Notes under the pieces: model-generated
The model's input: the letters and a program-made list of their open reading frames with translations, nothing else
Told to the model about the DNA's origin: nothing
The model's database searches: none
Made by a program: the position numbers and the translations under genes
Source of the DNA: Chrysomallon squamiferum
Lineage: Eukaryota > Animalia > Mollusca
Direction: 5' to 3'
DNA: 64,000 bases
Assembly (NCBI GenBank): GCA_012295275.1
Contig: CM022670.1
Location: forward strand, 17,174,001-17,238,000
Shown here: piece after piece, positions 43,222-55,630 of the stretch
Layout of the letters: the number at the start of each line of letters is the position of its first letter
Position numbering within the stretch: the first letter of the stretch is position 1

Positions 43222-43903
43222 TTATAATTATTTTATTAATGTATTTTATTTTATTTATTTATTTTATTTTATTTTATTATATATATGTATCGAAACACCA
43301 TATAGGGTAAGGTGGGGGTAATTCTGGCCCCCGAGGTATATTATGACTTGCAGCCGCTATAGTGCTCTGTCCAGATTTCTGGAACTTTGTTGATATAAAT
43401 AGAACCTTGTTATTTCTCATTAGAACAAAGGATGTAGGTAATCAGCCATTTACATGTGAAGTATAGAGGCCATGAAAATAATGAAAACAACAAGGTTGTA
43501 AAAAAAAGTACAAATTATGATTTACTGCATAACGTCTCTACCTCATTAGACCTCGTTTCCACAATAAGGTTCTTTTTACTTCATAAGACATTTGTTTTAC
43601 AGCTTTTCGATCACGAATTATTTCAATTTCAATGTGGTTTATAGTATCGTTACATTATCGTTACATTAACCATGATACATTATCATAACTTTCATATGTT
43701 CAGAAATTCTATGACACAATGATCTAATTAATATGTCAATAGCTTCTTTAACTGTTTTTAAATGAGTCCACCATCTTCATTTTTTTGGTTCGTATTAGTT
43801 CAACAGCATCACAATAATCAACTTTGACTAATGACATGATGAAACAATTGTCATTATCACAACATGATAAACATAAACTTGTTTTGTAGATTCACAACGA
43901 TAG

Positions 43904-43974
43904 AGCTTGTTAGTATAATGGCTAGAATACTCGACTTCACTCGAGAGATATGGGTTCGATTCCCATCTACGCAG
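43904..43974 (+). pseudogene. tRNA-derived sequence (tRNA-Asp/Glu-like; pseudo-tRNA or SINE head)
   Basis: A box TAGTATAATGG and B box GGTTCGATTCC. Anticodon stem CTCGA/TCGAG with a 6-nt loop CTTCAC; T stem ATGGG/CCCAT. The acceptor stem does not pair, so it is not a functional tRNA. Confidence 0.75.
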
Positions 43975-44309
43975 ATCGCCTGTAGTTTAAATATCAAAAC
44001 CGCGGGTAGAGGTCTGGACGATGTAGGTGAAAGTCCTACCGCCCTGCACTTTTTATTTAGTACTTCTTTGTAGGTGATGGCGTCTTTCTGGGCATGATGT
44101 CTTCACAGTTGTCGCGATGGAAGTGTGAGGAGCGGCGTAGTAAAGACCCCCGGTTATCCCGTTACCCTCTCCTTGCCGAGAACGGAGCTCCGCGAGTTTC
44201 AGTGTCCTCGTGCCCACTGCTCTTAAAGATGGACGGCAATGATCACCGATGTCTGTCTAAGACTTTACATGAAGAACACCTGAAGACGTTACCTTTCCTT
44301 AAGACATTA

Positions 44310-44494
44310 CCTGAAGATGATGCCCGCGATGACATCGGCGGCCTTTTGGGCAGAGTTAATGCTGGAATGAATTCGGACGAGTTCATAGGATGTGATGGGT
44401 GCCCAAATTGGTTTTGTCTTGATCCTTGCGCAAACCTCGAAATCCCAGCTTGAAAGATATTGTATTCTTGTGTGATATTTGTCAAGGAGTTTAG
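44310..44494 (+). pseudogene. Decayed PHD finger, probably the C-terminus of the transposon protein
   Basis: DEFIGCDGCPNWFCLDPC, then after a frameshift KDIVFLCDICQGV*. The first Cys pair appears mutated (RDDIG). Confidence 0.65.
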
Positions 44495-45141
44495 TTTACT
44501 GACGTTTTGAATCTGAGTTGTATTAAGATTAGGACTAATTATTATTATTAGTAAACAAATTTGAGGACCAAATTTGAGAACTAAAATACATCATGAATGT
44601 GGGGGCCAGATTTACCCTCAAATCATCTGGGCAAATCTGGCCCCTGACAACAATTTTTAACCTGGTTTGTCATTTCAAAAGTATAAGCATTGTGCATATA
44701 GTGTTTGTGTATTTTGAAGCAGAAACAGATATACTACACATTATTCACTCCAATTTGTTGTTTCCTTTTGTCTTTGAAACTGTAAGTGAGGCTGAATGGA
44801 AAAGGGGACCAGGATTACCCCCACCTTAACCTAAATATATATATTCTCAAGCACGTCAATAATATTAAACTGCTGTTTAGAAAGAAAAGAAAAAACGCAA
44901 CTAAAAAAATAGACTTTTCAGCTGTCAGCTCATTTCAGACTAAAATCTCCTTGTCAGACGATGCAGTGATCTCTTCAGTTTGTTTGTAAACGATTCCCTC
45001 GTTAATTTCTCTACAGACTGTTTTCTGTCGACTCAGACTTGCACACGACACTTTATCGCTATCCAGAGTTTTTTTTATTTCCGTCTCGCGAGAATTGCTT
45101 GTACTGTCTTTGTTGTTTGTTGTTGTTATTATGTCAATCAC

Positions 45142-45187
<46 letters not shown>

Positions 45188-45371
45188 TTAGTGTGTGATT
45201 CTCCGCCCATGAAACGTAAGTTAATTTATAATCATGTATTCTCTAAAACACACGCTTTTTCTATGACAGTATTTACTGAGTTATCTAGCTTTGTTATATT
45301 TCTTGAAATGTTCGTGTGTATCTGCTTTAAGCAAATGTGAATTCAAAAGCATTATTACTAAGTGTGTGACA

Positions 45372-45409
<38 letters not shown>

Positions 45410-47495
45410 AATGTATATTGTTGTCTAATAAAATACATTTCTTTAAATAAAAAAGAACCACTGCTGATAAACAGTCTGTTCACAAATCAGATGATCTCAC
45501 TCAAAATTACATCACTGTCGAGAAAGTCATCATAATCATAATCATAATCGTCTTTTACATAACTACCACTGTCGCCGTCGCCTCTGCTAGCAGTGTCTCA
45601 GCTTTGCGCTTTTAAACCCAGACATTTCGATCTTACGAACGGACACGATTTAATTTAACTGTCAGTTGTTAGAATTGAGGAATCTACACAAGACGACGTC
45701 GTTTAGTAAGATGTCACTGGTAGGTTTAGTTCGATTACTAACAGATGTCTAACCAGTCCTGTCTGACATTTCTCCGCCGCTCATTTGACATTTCTCAGTG
45801 ATTGATGCTGAAGACTGCAATTAGCAGCTAATATTAAGTTGTAATTAGTGAAGTCACAGCTGCTGGTTTTAAAGAGGTTGTCGCCTCATTTCGATAAATG
45901 CTTCTGAAGCAGCGCGTGCATAAATACATGCATATAAATTATGTCTGGCTATGCAACACGTTACATGACAGCTACAGATGTTGGTAATCTTTTTGTTAAA
46001 GGTAAATTAATGAGTTCGTTTTAAAAGAATTTCTAAGTTGTGTATCTATATCGTTCAAAAATGAATCAGAAGAATTTGAAAAAAATAATTTTATTGGCTT
46101 AACAGAAACTTTGAAGTTTACCTTAAGTCATTCGAAAAATGGTATAATAAATTTCTTTTTCCTGATATCAATGTTTCTAGATGTAAGATGAGAGTCCTAG
46201 ATATTTCTCTATTTTTGGATACTAACCAAAAATACAGGTTTTTTTTTTTTTTTTTTTTTGTTGTTGTTTTTTTTGTTGTTGTTGTTGTAGTTTTTTCTCC
46301 TAGTCTTTTTTTTTTTTTTTTTTTTGTGATGTATAAACTTTGTAGCGAACAACGAAATCAATACGCGAGAATCTTCTGCTCTCGAGCGCCCTGAATTGAG
46401 AAATAAAACAGTTCATTTCATTTAGTTTTTGTATTATTTAGGATTGCAGGATAAAAGAATTAATTGGTTACTGTCTAAAGATACAAGCTTTATCCTGCTC
46501 TGGTCGAATATCAAATTCGGCAGCTTCATCTTCACAAGATTTCCTAGTCATACTTCGAAATTATTATTATATAATTTTGGTGTGACTTACGATCGTTCAT
46601 ATATAATTTTATTAACTGATAAATACTTTTAGAAAACAACTGAACCGTGCCGTTTTACCCCGTTTAAACTGAATTCGTGACATCATCGCGTGCCAGGCCG
46701 GCCGTTCGAGACTTGTGTGTTTCTTACGCTGGAAGAAACTAAAGAGCAGATCGATGCGCCCTGTACGCGATGACGTCACGACTTCAGAAACATGGTAGCG
46801 GTTCCCAGATATTAATTTTTAAACTGTATTTTTATTCTTCTTCTTGTTAATTTGGTCGGTAAAAACGCAAATTAAACAAAACTTGGAAGCAAGCAGAATA
46901 TATTTAGATTCGTTCTGCATCACCCCTACTGGTACACTTTAATAAAATATACTTAAACATATTACACAGCTTTATTTCCTGTGTTATTGTATTTTTGTGA
47001 AAAACATAGACTCCGTTTAAAAAACTAAGTACGAAAGTTCAACTTGTTAACACAGGAGTTAGACAAAATTAATATGGTCAGAACAATGTTAATAATTAAT
47101 ACGCGACCTTCCTTGTGAACGATAACACTGCCAACAAATTAACTTCAACAGTAATCATTTTATACTGGCCGTTATGTCGTGTGCAATAAGAACACGTGAA
47201 ATAACTCGGCGTATATTCGATTACAAGTACAGTCTATGTCAACGTTAATGGAGCCCAGTATAATTAATGTCTTGTTTGTTTCTTTCATTCCGTTAATATA
47301 ATATTAATATTCACAGAAAAGCTGTTCTGCATGCAGGGACATTATCACTTTAACCTGTGTATTAATTAATAACACCAGTAATTGTTTTATTCTGAAACTG
47401 GATAACAATGAGCGGATATTTTAAATGACTGGTATTTTATTTCTCTTTTAAAAAATTTTCGTTGAAAAATACAGCCTCGAATATTTATTTTAAAA

Positions 47496-47529
<34 letters not shown>

Positions 47530-48578
47530 AATAGGATGGGAAGATAAAACGAAAGGGAAAAAAATATCAGTATAATAATTATAAATAATAAAATATAACA
47601 GGTTATTTTGTCTTTGTGTATATGTGCGTTCGTATGTGTGTACAAATGTGTTTGTGTGTGCGTGTGCACTTTTGTGTGCCAGCATGAAAGCAGCATTTTT
47701 CTATCTAAACAAAAGCTGTTGTGTTGCTGTTGTTTTTTATGTTTGTTTGTATGTTGTTGTTTTTTTTATTATTATTTTGTTTTTTTACATTGTCTTTAAT
47801 ATAATGATACAAACATTATTTTCTTATGTTATGCATCAAACCAAGTTTTGAGATAAAATATTTTATCCTCAGACGGGTTTTAATTAGTAATATTAAATAA
47901 ATAATGTCATAGCTTTACTTGCAATGAATCATAGCATCAGTCTAACTTGTAAAATTTGTGGTAATTGATTTTGCTCTGTATTTTACAAAACGAACAGCAA
48001 AATTAATAAATCAATTAAGAATGGAAATATCAGATTCTTTCATCTTGCTTTTTGATCAATCTTGTTATTTCTTTTTATTTTATTTTTAAATATTTTGCTA
48101 TTACACGAGTTAAATGTGTCACTGTTTGGATAATAACAAATAATAGAAATAATGCAAGCGTGAAAATTTAATTTATTTACAATTCAGTCGTAATGTGTTC
48201 TGGCCACGAAATTCTCCGTTGTCAAGAGCTATGCGGAGAGATATCAAAAATACTACACTTAATTTAGACCTGAGTACTTACTGCAGATACATTAATAAAA
48301 CCCTGACAACATTTAAGAATACAGAGTATGTGAATGTATTAAATACACAAATGTTAACCATTTGAACTTGTCTGCTTTTCCTCTAGCCTCATATTGTCAG
48401 TGGATAAGTTTGATAAAAACCATATTACTTCATTTTATCCATAAAATTAATAAAAGTGTCAGTTAATAGTTTTATTTCTGTGTTGATTGTTTGTCATGTT
48501 CAAGTAAAAGACTGAATACTGAGGAAACTGGCAAAAAATATTTAAGTTCCATTATTATTACTTCGAATGTCAAAATAC

Positions 48579-48810
<232 letters not shown>

Positions 48811-50139
48811 CCTAAACCTTTTCATTAATACTGTACAGTTAGACATAAAACACTATTTTGTCTCGAATTATTAAATTATAGCTGTATTTCGTTACGAATC
48901 ATTTCTATGCTGTCTTCTTAGCCAGTAATACATTTTTCTTTATTGCGCCTTGCGTCTAAAGATCTGGCCCGCATGTTTCATTTACCTAATAAGCAACAAT
49001 TTACAATAGTCTAGGATTCCATTAATAGGTCATTAATTTCAATACGTTAGCCACTAGTTTCAAATGGATCGATGCTGATCTGACTGCTGTATAAGCTAAA
49101 TGCAAACAGTTACAATTTGTTCTACAATATTCACAGACAACTCGATTCCAACACGGGCAAATACAAAACGAGGTTTTTTGGTTTTTGTCAACTTTTCTTG
49201 TCAATGTTCTTTTCTCTAACAAATGAATAATAAATGTATTCAGTAAATCACTGCTGACAGATTTCTTCACAGAGAAAGCAATTCAATAAATCTGACAAAT
49301 ACTATAATAGTAAAAACACAAATCTACTTAATTGATTGATTTTCGTTCTTGAGTTTCTGATGTGGATTTTCTCACTCTGACTTTAAGTCCGAGACAAAAT
49401 ACATTTAACCTGCGTGAAAACAGGCAATGCAGAACTCATAAGAAAACGCTTCACGTGATGAAAAAAAAGCGTAAACGTAATTTATATCCGTAAATTTATT
49501 TTATTTCTTTTTTTATTATTATTATTTTTTTTGTTTTTTAAATAATATTAATTCTCCATGTTAGCATTTCATTGCTCGATATATTTCCTAAACTCGTTAA
49601 TGACAAAATGAAAAATATCATTTTTGATTTAATAAATCGATTCACGAAGTTAATGACCGCTGTCCTGGTACGAAAGCGTTATGTCAAGAAAAAGAGAGAG
49701 AGAGAGAAGGAAAAAAAAACCGATTGTAATTTTCTATTTCTTAATTAAATTGCTAAATCTTTTCACCAACAGTCATCTTTACCATCATCAAGTTAAATGA
49801 TAATTGTATAAAAATGCTTCAGTAATCGTAAGGAATGGGGGCTTTTCACATTAAATCGTTATTACTGAAGCAAGCTGGATGAATCACTATGGAGACTCGA
49901 CAAAGGAAACTAGAATACAATATTATCAACATAAAACAGTTCATTAAGATTTTTATGTGAAAAAAGGAAGACGTTAATCAGCTGACCTCTGTTTGTCTCT
50001 CTCTCGCTCTTTCTCTCTTCCGGACTCCAAATACAAGTATGTCTCTTCAACAGAAACAGTACTGACAAATTGCAGTGTTTTGAAAAATACACTTTTAAAA
50101 ATTATAAAAAAATAACCTGTTATCACATCCAACTGCTAT

Positions 50140-50290
50140 GACTACTTTTATAACTACTACTGGTAGTACTAGTGCAACTACTACTACTATTACCAGTACT
50201 GCTACAGCTGTTACAACTACTGCTTCTACAACTGCTACAACTATTGCTACTACTACTACTACATATACTATAAACTATATACTAGTATAA
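50140..50290. repeat. Degenerate (CTA)n tract
   Basis: actactact/acaactgct-rich run. Confidence 0.85.
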
Positions 50291-51729
50291 ATGTAGTTAC
50301 TATTACTCTTAAACAATTTTTACCATGATATAAGCTTGTAATAATATGACTAGTCATAAAATGGACTTGTAACATAGAATCACATAACAAAACGGGTTGT
50401 TACTGAAATACACCTGTAACAAAATGAATGTAGCTAAACATTAGGTAACAAAAAGGACAGCAGAGTTGATGACATAATTACTTTTCAGATTTGAGTCAAG
50501 AAGAAAGTCATCAGATCACATGTCACAGCAGAGATTATAAAAAGAGCATCTGAAGTATACTGACAAGAAAAATTAGTTTTTTAAATTAAATTGTTCTAGT
50601 GCATAATGTTCTTACCAGGGTAATCACTAAAGATGTCACATAATCATTTGGAAAATATATACCAAGAAAACAACCTGGGAGAGATTAAAACCACTAGCAT
50701 GAGCTTTTTGGAATGTATAGTGTGAGTGTATGAGCAGAAATCTTTCAAAAATGAGTAATAGACCTTATTTCAGGTATTACACAAAATGACTGATTATTTT
50801 AGACATTATATTAAATGACTGGTTTCAAAGAGAAACATTAAGACACACACACACACAAATACACATACCTGTACAAAAATTAATTTAAAAAATAGTTATA
50901 TAATAAGGCTCCCATACCTCATGTATCTTTATGTTAACTGGTTGTTTTGCATATGGAATGTTAGTGAAAATTTATCCATGGTCTTCAAGGTTCCTAGACT
51001 TAAATTTTACAAACAGTGAGAATGTGTGTGTGTGGGGGGTGGATATTTGGGGATACATGATGAGAGAAAATGATCCTTTTGTCTTTAATTTACAGGAATT
51101 GTTAAGAGACTTCACACTAAATGGCAAAGAATACAGCTTTAAAGAATTCACAGAAAACCTTGTTAAAATGTTGACTGATATTATTTTACTGAACCATTTT
51201 GCCTAACCATTACTATTCATATCAGCTGTGGAGCAATAACTGTAAACTGTATGACAAACTCTCATTTCCATTTTACTTGTTCAAATGTTTAAACAATCCT
51301 TCACTAAAGCCATGACATATCACAAGCTGTTTAACTTATCTTTTTTCTCTCTATCCAGTATTTTCTATTACAGTTAGATACACATTTTTAAACATTTTGA
51401 ATACTGATATTCTTGTATATCAAGATGGAATGTCAATATCTGTGTAGAAATTGGCTGCTGCTTTACTTTTGGCATAGGCCAGTCTATACTGCTGTGCAAA
51501 ATGTTAACAACCAGCCAATAGAGAGATAGATATAGATATAGATATATAGATGCATAGATAGATAGATTTGTAGATTGTATATATGTATGTATCTATGTAT
51601 GCATGTGTGCATGTTGGGTTGGAAAAAAGTTCATTTTAATTAAAATTCAAAGACAGTATTTAGATATTTATATATGGATTTATTCAGCCACACATTCTAC
51701 ATTTCTTATTTCAGTTGTAAGTTCAAATG

Positions 51730-51770
<41 letters not shown>

Positions 51771-52333
51771 AACATCTACATAAAGACATACACATATAGT
51801 CACACCTTTTTACACATTTGTGTGTATGACTATATGAATAACGATATTCTAGTGTATATATTTTGAGAAATATTTTATTGCATAATAAAACTTGTTACAG
51901 TTAATCAGAATGATGAGTGGTAAGTATTAGTCTAGTCATAATCTTCCTCAGCCCAGTGAAAACAAATCAATACACTGAATCTACAAAGGAAATGAATTTT
52001 CTCTCAACTTTGTCATGCAAGTAGAAGTCACATCAAATCATATTATTTCTGGGATGACCAAAGGGAACGTTTGGACTTATTGTAAACCCTACATAGATCT
52101 ACAGCTTAGATAGAATTAGTGATGTATATCATTCTTTCTGTATGAACTAGTATCTTATACTTGTTATTCTTTCACTTTCTGTATAATTATTATTATTACA
52201 TGCTTTTCTGTATCACCATTATCACCATTATTATTATTATTTTTATTATTATTATTACATTATTATTATTATTTTATAATTATTATTGTTTTTGTATTTT
52301 TGTATTTGTTTTTTGCTGTTATTGTTGTTATTA

Positions 52334-52370
<37 letters not shown>

Positions 52371-52919
52371 ATTATTATTAAAATTTTATTATTATTATAT
52401 TTTTGTTATCATTTCTACTCTTGTTATTGTTATTCGTAGCAGTTCATTAAAGAGATTATGCTATTTTAGGTATGCACTTTTTTTTATTTAGATTGTATGC
52501 TCATGTTACATCACATTTTTTAATTAAAAGTTAAACAAGGATTTCAAATAATTAATTTACAAATTTCTGTCTGTTTGTACTCTGTGTACATATAATTTAT
52601 TGAGGATTATATTTATTTAATGAATATTTTAAAACAAATCAACATATTTTTTTGCTACCACTGATCTACATTGGGATTTAGAAATAAATTACATCTTATT
52701 ATACATGTCCTCTGCCTCATGATATAAATTATAGATTAATCACAGCCTTTGTTTTCTTTTAATGTTTTTACTTCAGAAATCTGTTGGGAATATAACATAC
52801 AAAAAAATGTTATTTGTGCAAAAATACGTTTGTTGGTTTTAAAATTGTATAGGTCTACATGACCAGTGCTCTCAGAGAGAGAAACTAAAGTGAAAATTAT
52901 TGCTGTATGTCTGAGTTTT

Positions 52920-53647
52920 TATCCTTTTTTTTTTTTGAAGCACCCAATTTCAAATAAATTAAAGATATATATAGCATAGCTATAAACATTTATATGCTAA
53001 AATTCATTATTTATGTGTTTTACAACAGCAATGGATGTTTTTTTCTTCAGATAGACTCTTGAGCACCTCATTTCAAATAATTTTTGCGATAAGCAGTCCG
53101 GTTAACTTTTATTCTATGATAGAAGTATGATGAATTTATGTAGTGTAGCTATGAACATTTATATGATACATAAATAATTTATGTGTTTTACTATTGCACT
53201 GTTGTTTTTTTTTTTGTTTTTTCAGTTAGATCCCTCAGCAACTCAATTCAAATAATTTTTAAGACAGGCAGATAGGTTAAGTTTAATGCTATGATAGAAA
53301 TATGAGAAATTTATGTAGTCTAGCTATAAACATGTAAATGGTATATAGCTGTTACCACTGCACCTTTTTTTTTTTAGATATAGACCATTCAGCATCTCAT
53401 TTCAAATAATTTTTAAGATAGGCAATCAGGTTAAATTTTATTCTATAATCGAAGTATGACAAATTTATGTAGTGTAGCTGTTGCACTGTTTTCTTAAGAT
53501 AGGCCACTCAGCACTTCATTTCAAATAATTTTTATAATAGACGATCAGGTTAAATTATATACTGTGGTAAAAGTATGATGAATTTATGTAGTGTAGTTGT
53601 AAACATTTACATACTATGCAGCTTTTGCCATTGCACTGTTTTAACAG
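52920..53647. repeat. Degenerate tandem repeat, ~5 units of ~120-175 bp
   Basis: Anchor atttcaaataatttt...ggttaa...atttatgtagtgtagct near 52947, 53070, 53246, 53400 and 53518. Confidence 0.85.
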
Positions 53648-54466
53648 TGCTGCAACTGGATGGTACCACCCAGGCTGAGAATCAATTACTTTACATGGAG
53701 ACGCAGGTATGTGTGTAACAGGTAAATGCATGTTTGCACTGACTCTGTAACTCAGGGGGTTAAACAAAGTTCAACACAGACTGGTTTGTTCTGAGAATTT
53801 TTTAACAGGTGTTTTTCAACTGGATGCATCTGATCTCATTATTCATTTGCTTACAATAAAACAATAAAGCACCTGATTCTCAATCTCTTCCTTAAATCAG
53901 TTTCATATAAATAATTAGATTTTGGGAAAAAGAAGAAGAAAAAAATAGAAAATAAATGAAGATAATGAAACAAAAGAAGAAGAGGAAGAAAAATGAAGAA
54001 GAAAAAACCACAAAGAAGACAAAGAAGAAGAAAAACAAAAGAAGAAACAAAAGAAGAAAAAGAATCAGGACAATTAAGGATATTTTTATGTTAATTCAAT
54101 TTTTTATTCTTTTTTTAAATATGAAAAAAGGGTTCAGTGAACATAAATTAATCTTAGTTTCACATTTTCAGCAGAGAAGAAATGTTGTGAACAAAATCAA
54201 TTTGGTGAGCCTCTGAAGACATTTATTTTTAATGTATTAATTTACAGGAGAAATAACATTTTCAGGTTACTGGGAAATCCTGTTAGTGGGAGTGAAATAA
54301 TTTATCAGAGAAGTGAAACAAGATGTCACCGAAGTGTCACTTCCAGCCACACAGCCCCGGGGCAGGTGTCAGAAACAGGGAGTCGCCATAGGGAGGTGTC
54401 CCGTTTTTAAATAATTTAATCACACGTGTTAATTATACAACTAACAACACAGTTTAAATCATACAT

Positions 54467-54472
54467 TTTATT
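54467..54472 (-). promoter_or_regulatory. Candidate polyadenylation signal of the protocadherin (3' UTR about 3.4 kb genomic)
   Basis: Minus-strand AATAAA followed ~16 nt later by GT-rich tgtgttgttagttgt. Other AATAAA hexamers exist nearby, so the site is not unique. Confidence 0.45.
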
Positions 54473-55595
54473 TCAGTTTTGTTTGGTTTTTTTTTTTATC
54501 AAAAATAAATACATGTATCAAAGTGAGAAATACATAAGCAGTGTGAAAATTGTGCATCAGAATTCATTTTAGACTCTCGAAACTAGGTATAAGTTATCAA
54601 GAAGATTTTTTGTTATTAGTTTAAACGACTTGTACACATTATAACCAAGTTACAATATAAACACACATGTAATGTTGACAACACAAGCAAAGCACCAGAA
54701 AAAGCAAAAATAAAATGTTCATACCACTCTCTACTTTAAAAAATAAATGAACATACTGATAATGTTTCTTACAGATAGATAGCTATGAAGAAGTTCTATC
54801 GTTGAATCTTGCACTGTTTTTAAAGATCTAATAAAAAATTTAACTGCAGTAAATTACACTTCGATACTTATTAACGATTATTCTCTATTTCTGAATTACC
54901 AGAACAACTGTGTAAAAATAATAATTCATAGGTAAAAGCATGTAATAATAATAATAATAAGTATACCTGTGGATATATGAAGAATGATCTACAAATATTC
55001 TGCATTCTTCCAAATTATTTTTTTTTTGTTGCTGTCCAACCTTTATCAATAATTAAGTATAATAACAAAAGAGTACAGTTTAAAATATCTGGGGGCTGTC
55101 ATCTTTCTTTATTTGTGATGTCATCATGTACAGGGTGGATCTATGGATCTGTTTGCTCTAAATAGTCATCTAGAATTGGAAAAATACTAAATTAGCCATG
55201 TACACAATGACATCATGACTCCAGTTATGATGTGATAAAACGGCAGCATTCACATCAGTAGTATTTTACTGTCATACTTCATCATGAGTGATCACAGGTC
55301 ACCAGAACAATAAAATAATAATTTGCAAGTATAAATAATTTTATTTGAATATGTCCTTCTAATGCCACAGGTAATCTTTAAAACATTTTGTATGACACAG
55401 ATACAGATAATTTATTTCATCTAAAAGTAACTGCATTACGATTTAAATTTCAATCTAATGTATGTTTATTACATAATAATAAAACTCACTGTTATCTATA
55501 AATAATTTAATGTGTTTTTTTAATTTGCAATAAACATTCATTTTTAATTAGCACATTTACAAATAAACAATAATTTCTCAGTATCACAGTTACAA

Positions 55596-55630
<35 letters not shown>

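Larger units (their letters stand above)
43305..44831 (+). mobile_element. Internally deleted Tc1/mariner-superfamily (pogo-like) DNA transposon relic, ~1.5 kb
   Basis: ~27-bp TIRs GGGTAAGGTGGGGGTAATTCTGGCCCC versus reverse complement GGTTAAGGTGGGGGTAATCCTGGTCCC, with TA on both sides. Subterminal copies of the TIR core at 44601-44644. PHD-finger remnant inside. No DDE domain seen, so the superfamily is inferred. Confidence 0.8.

Noticed and set aside
43904-43974. Functional tRNA gene
   Set aside because: The anticodon loop has 6 nt and the acceptor stem cannot pair. Kept only as a tRNA-derived sequence.
44005-44047. Hammerhead ribozyme (ctggacga...gaaa...gtc)
   Set aside because: The core is CTGGACGA rather than CTGANGA, and stems II and III cannot be drawn around it. 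A tRNA T-arm reading fits better.
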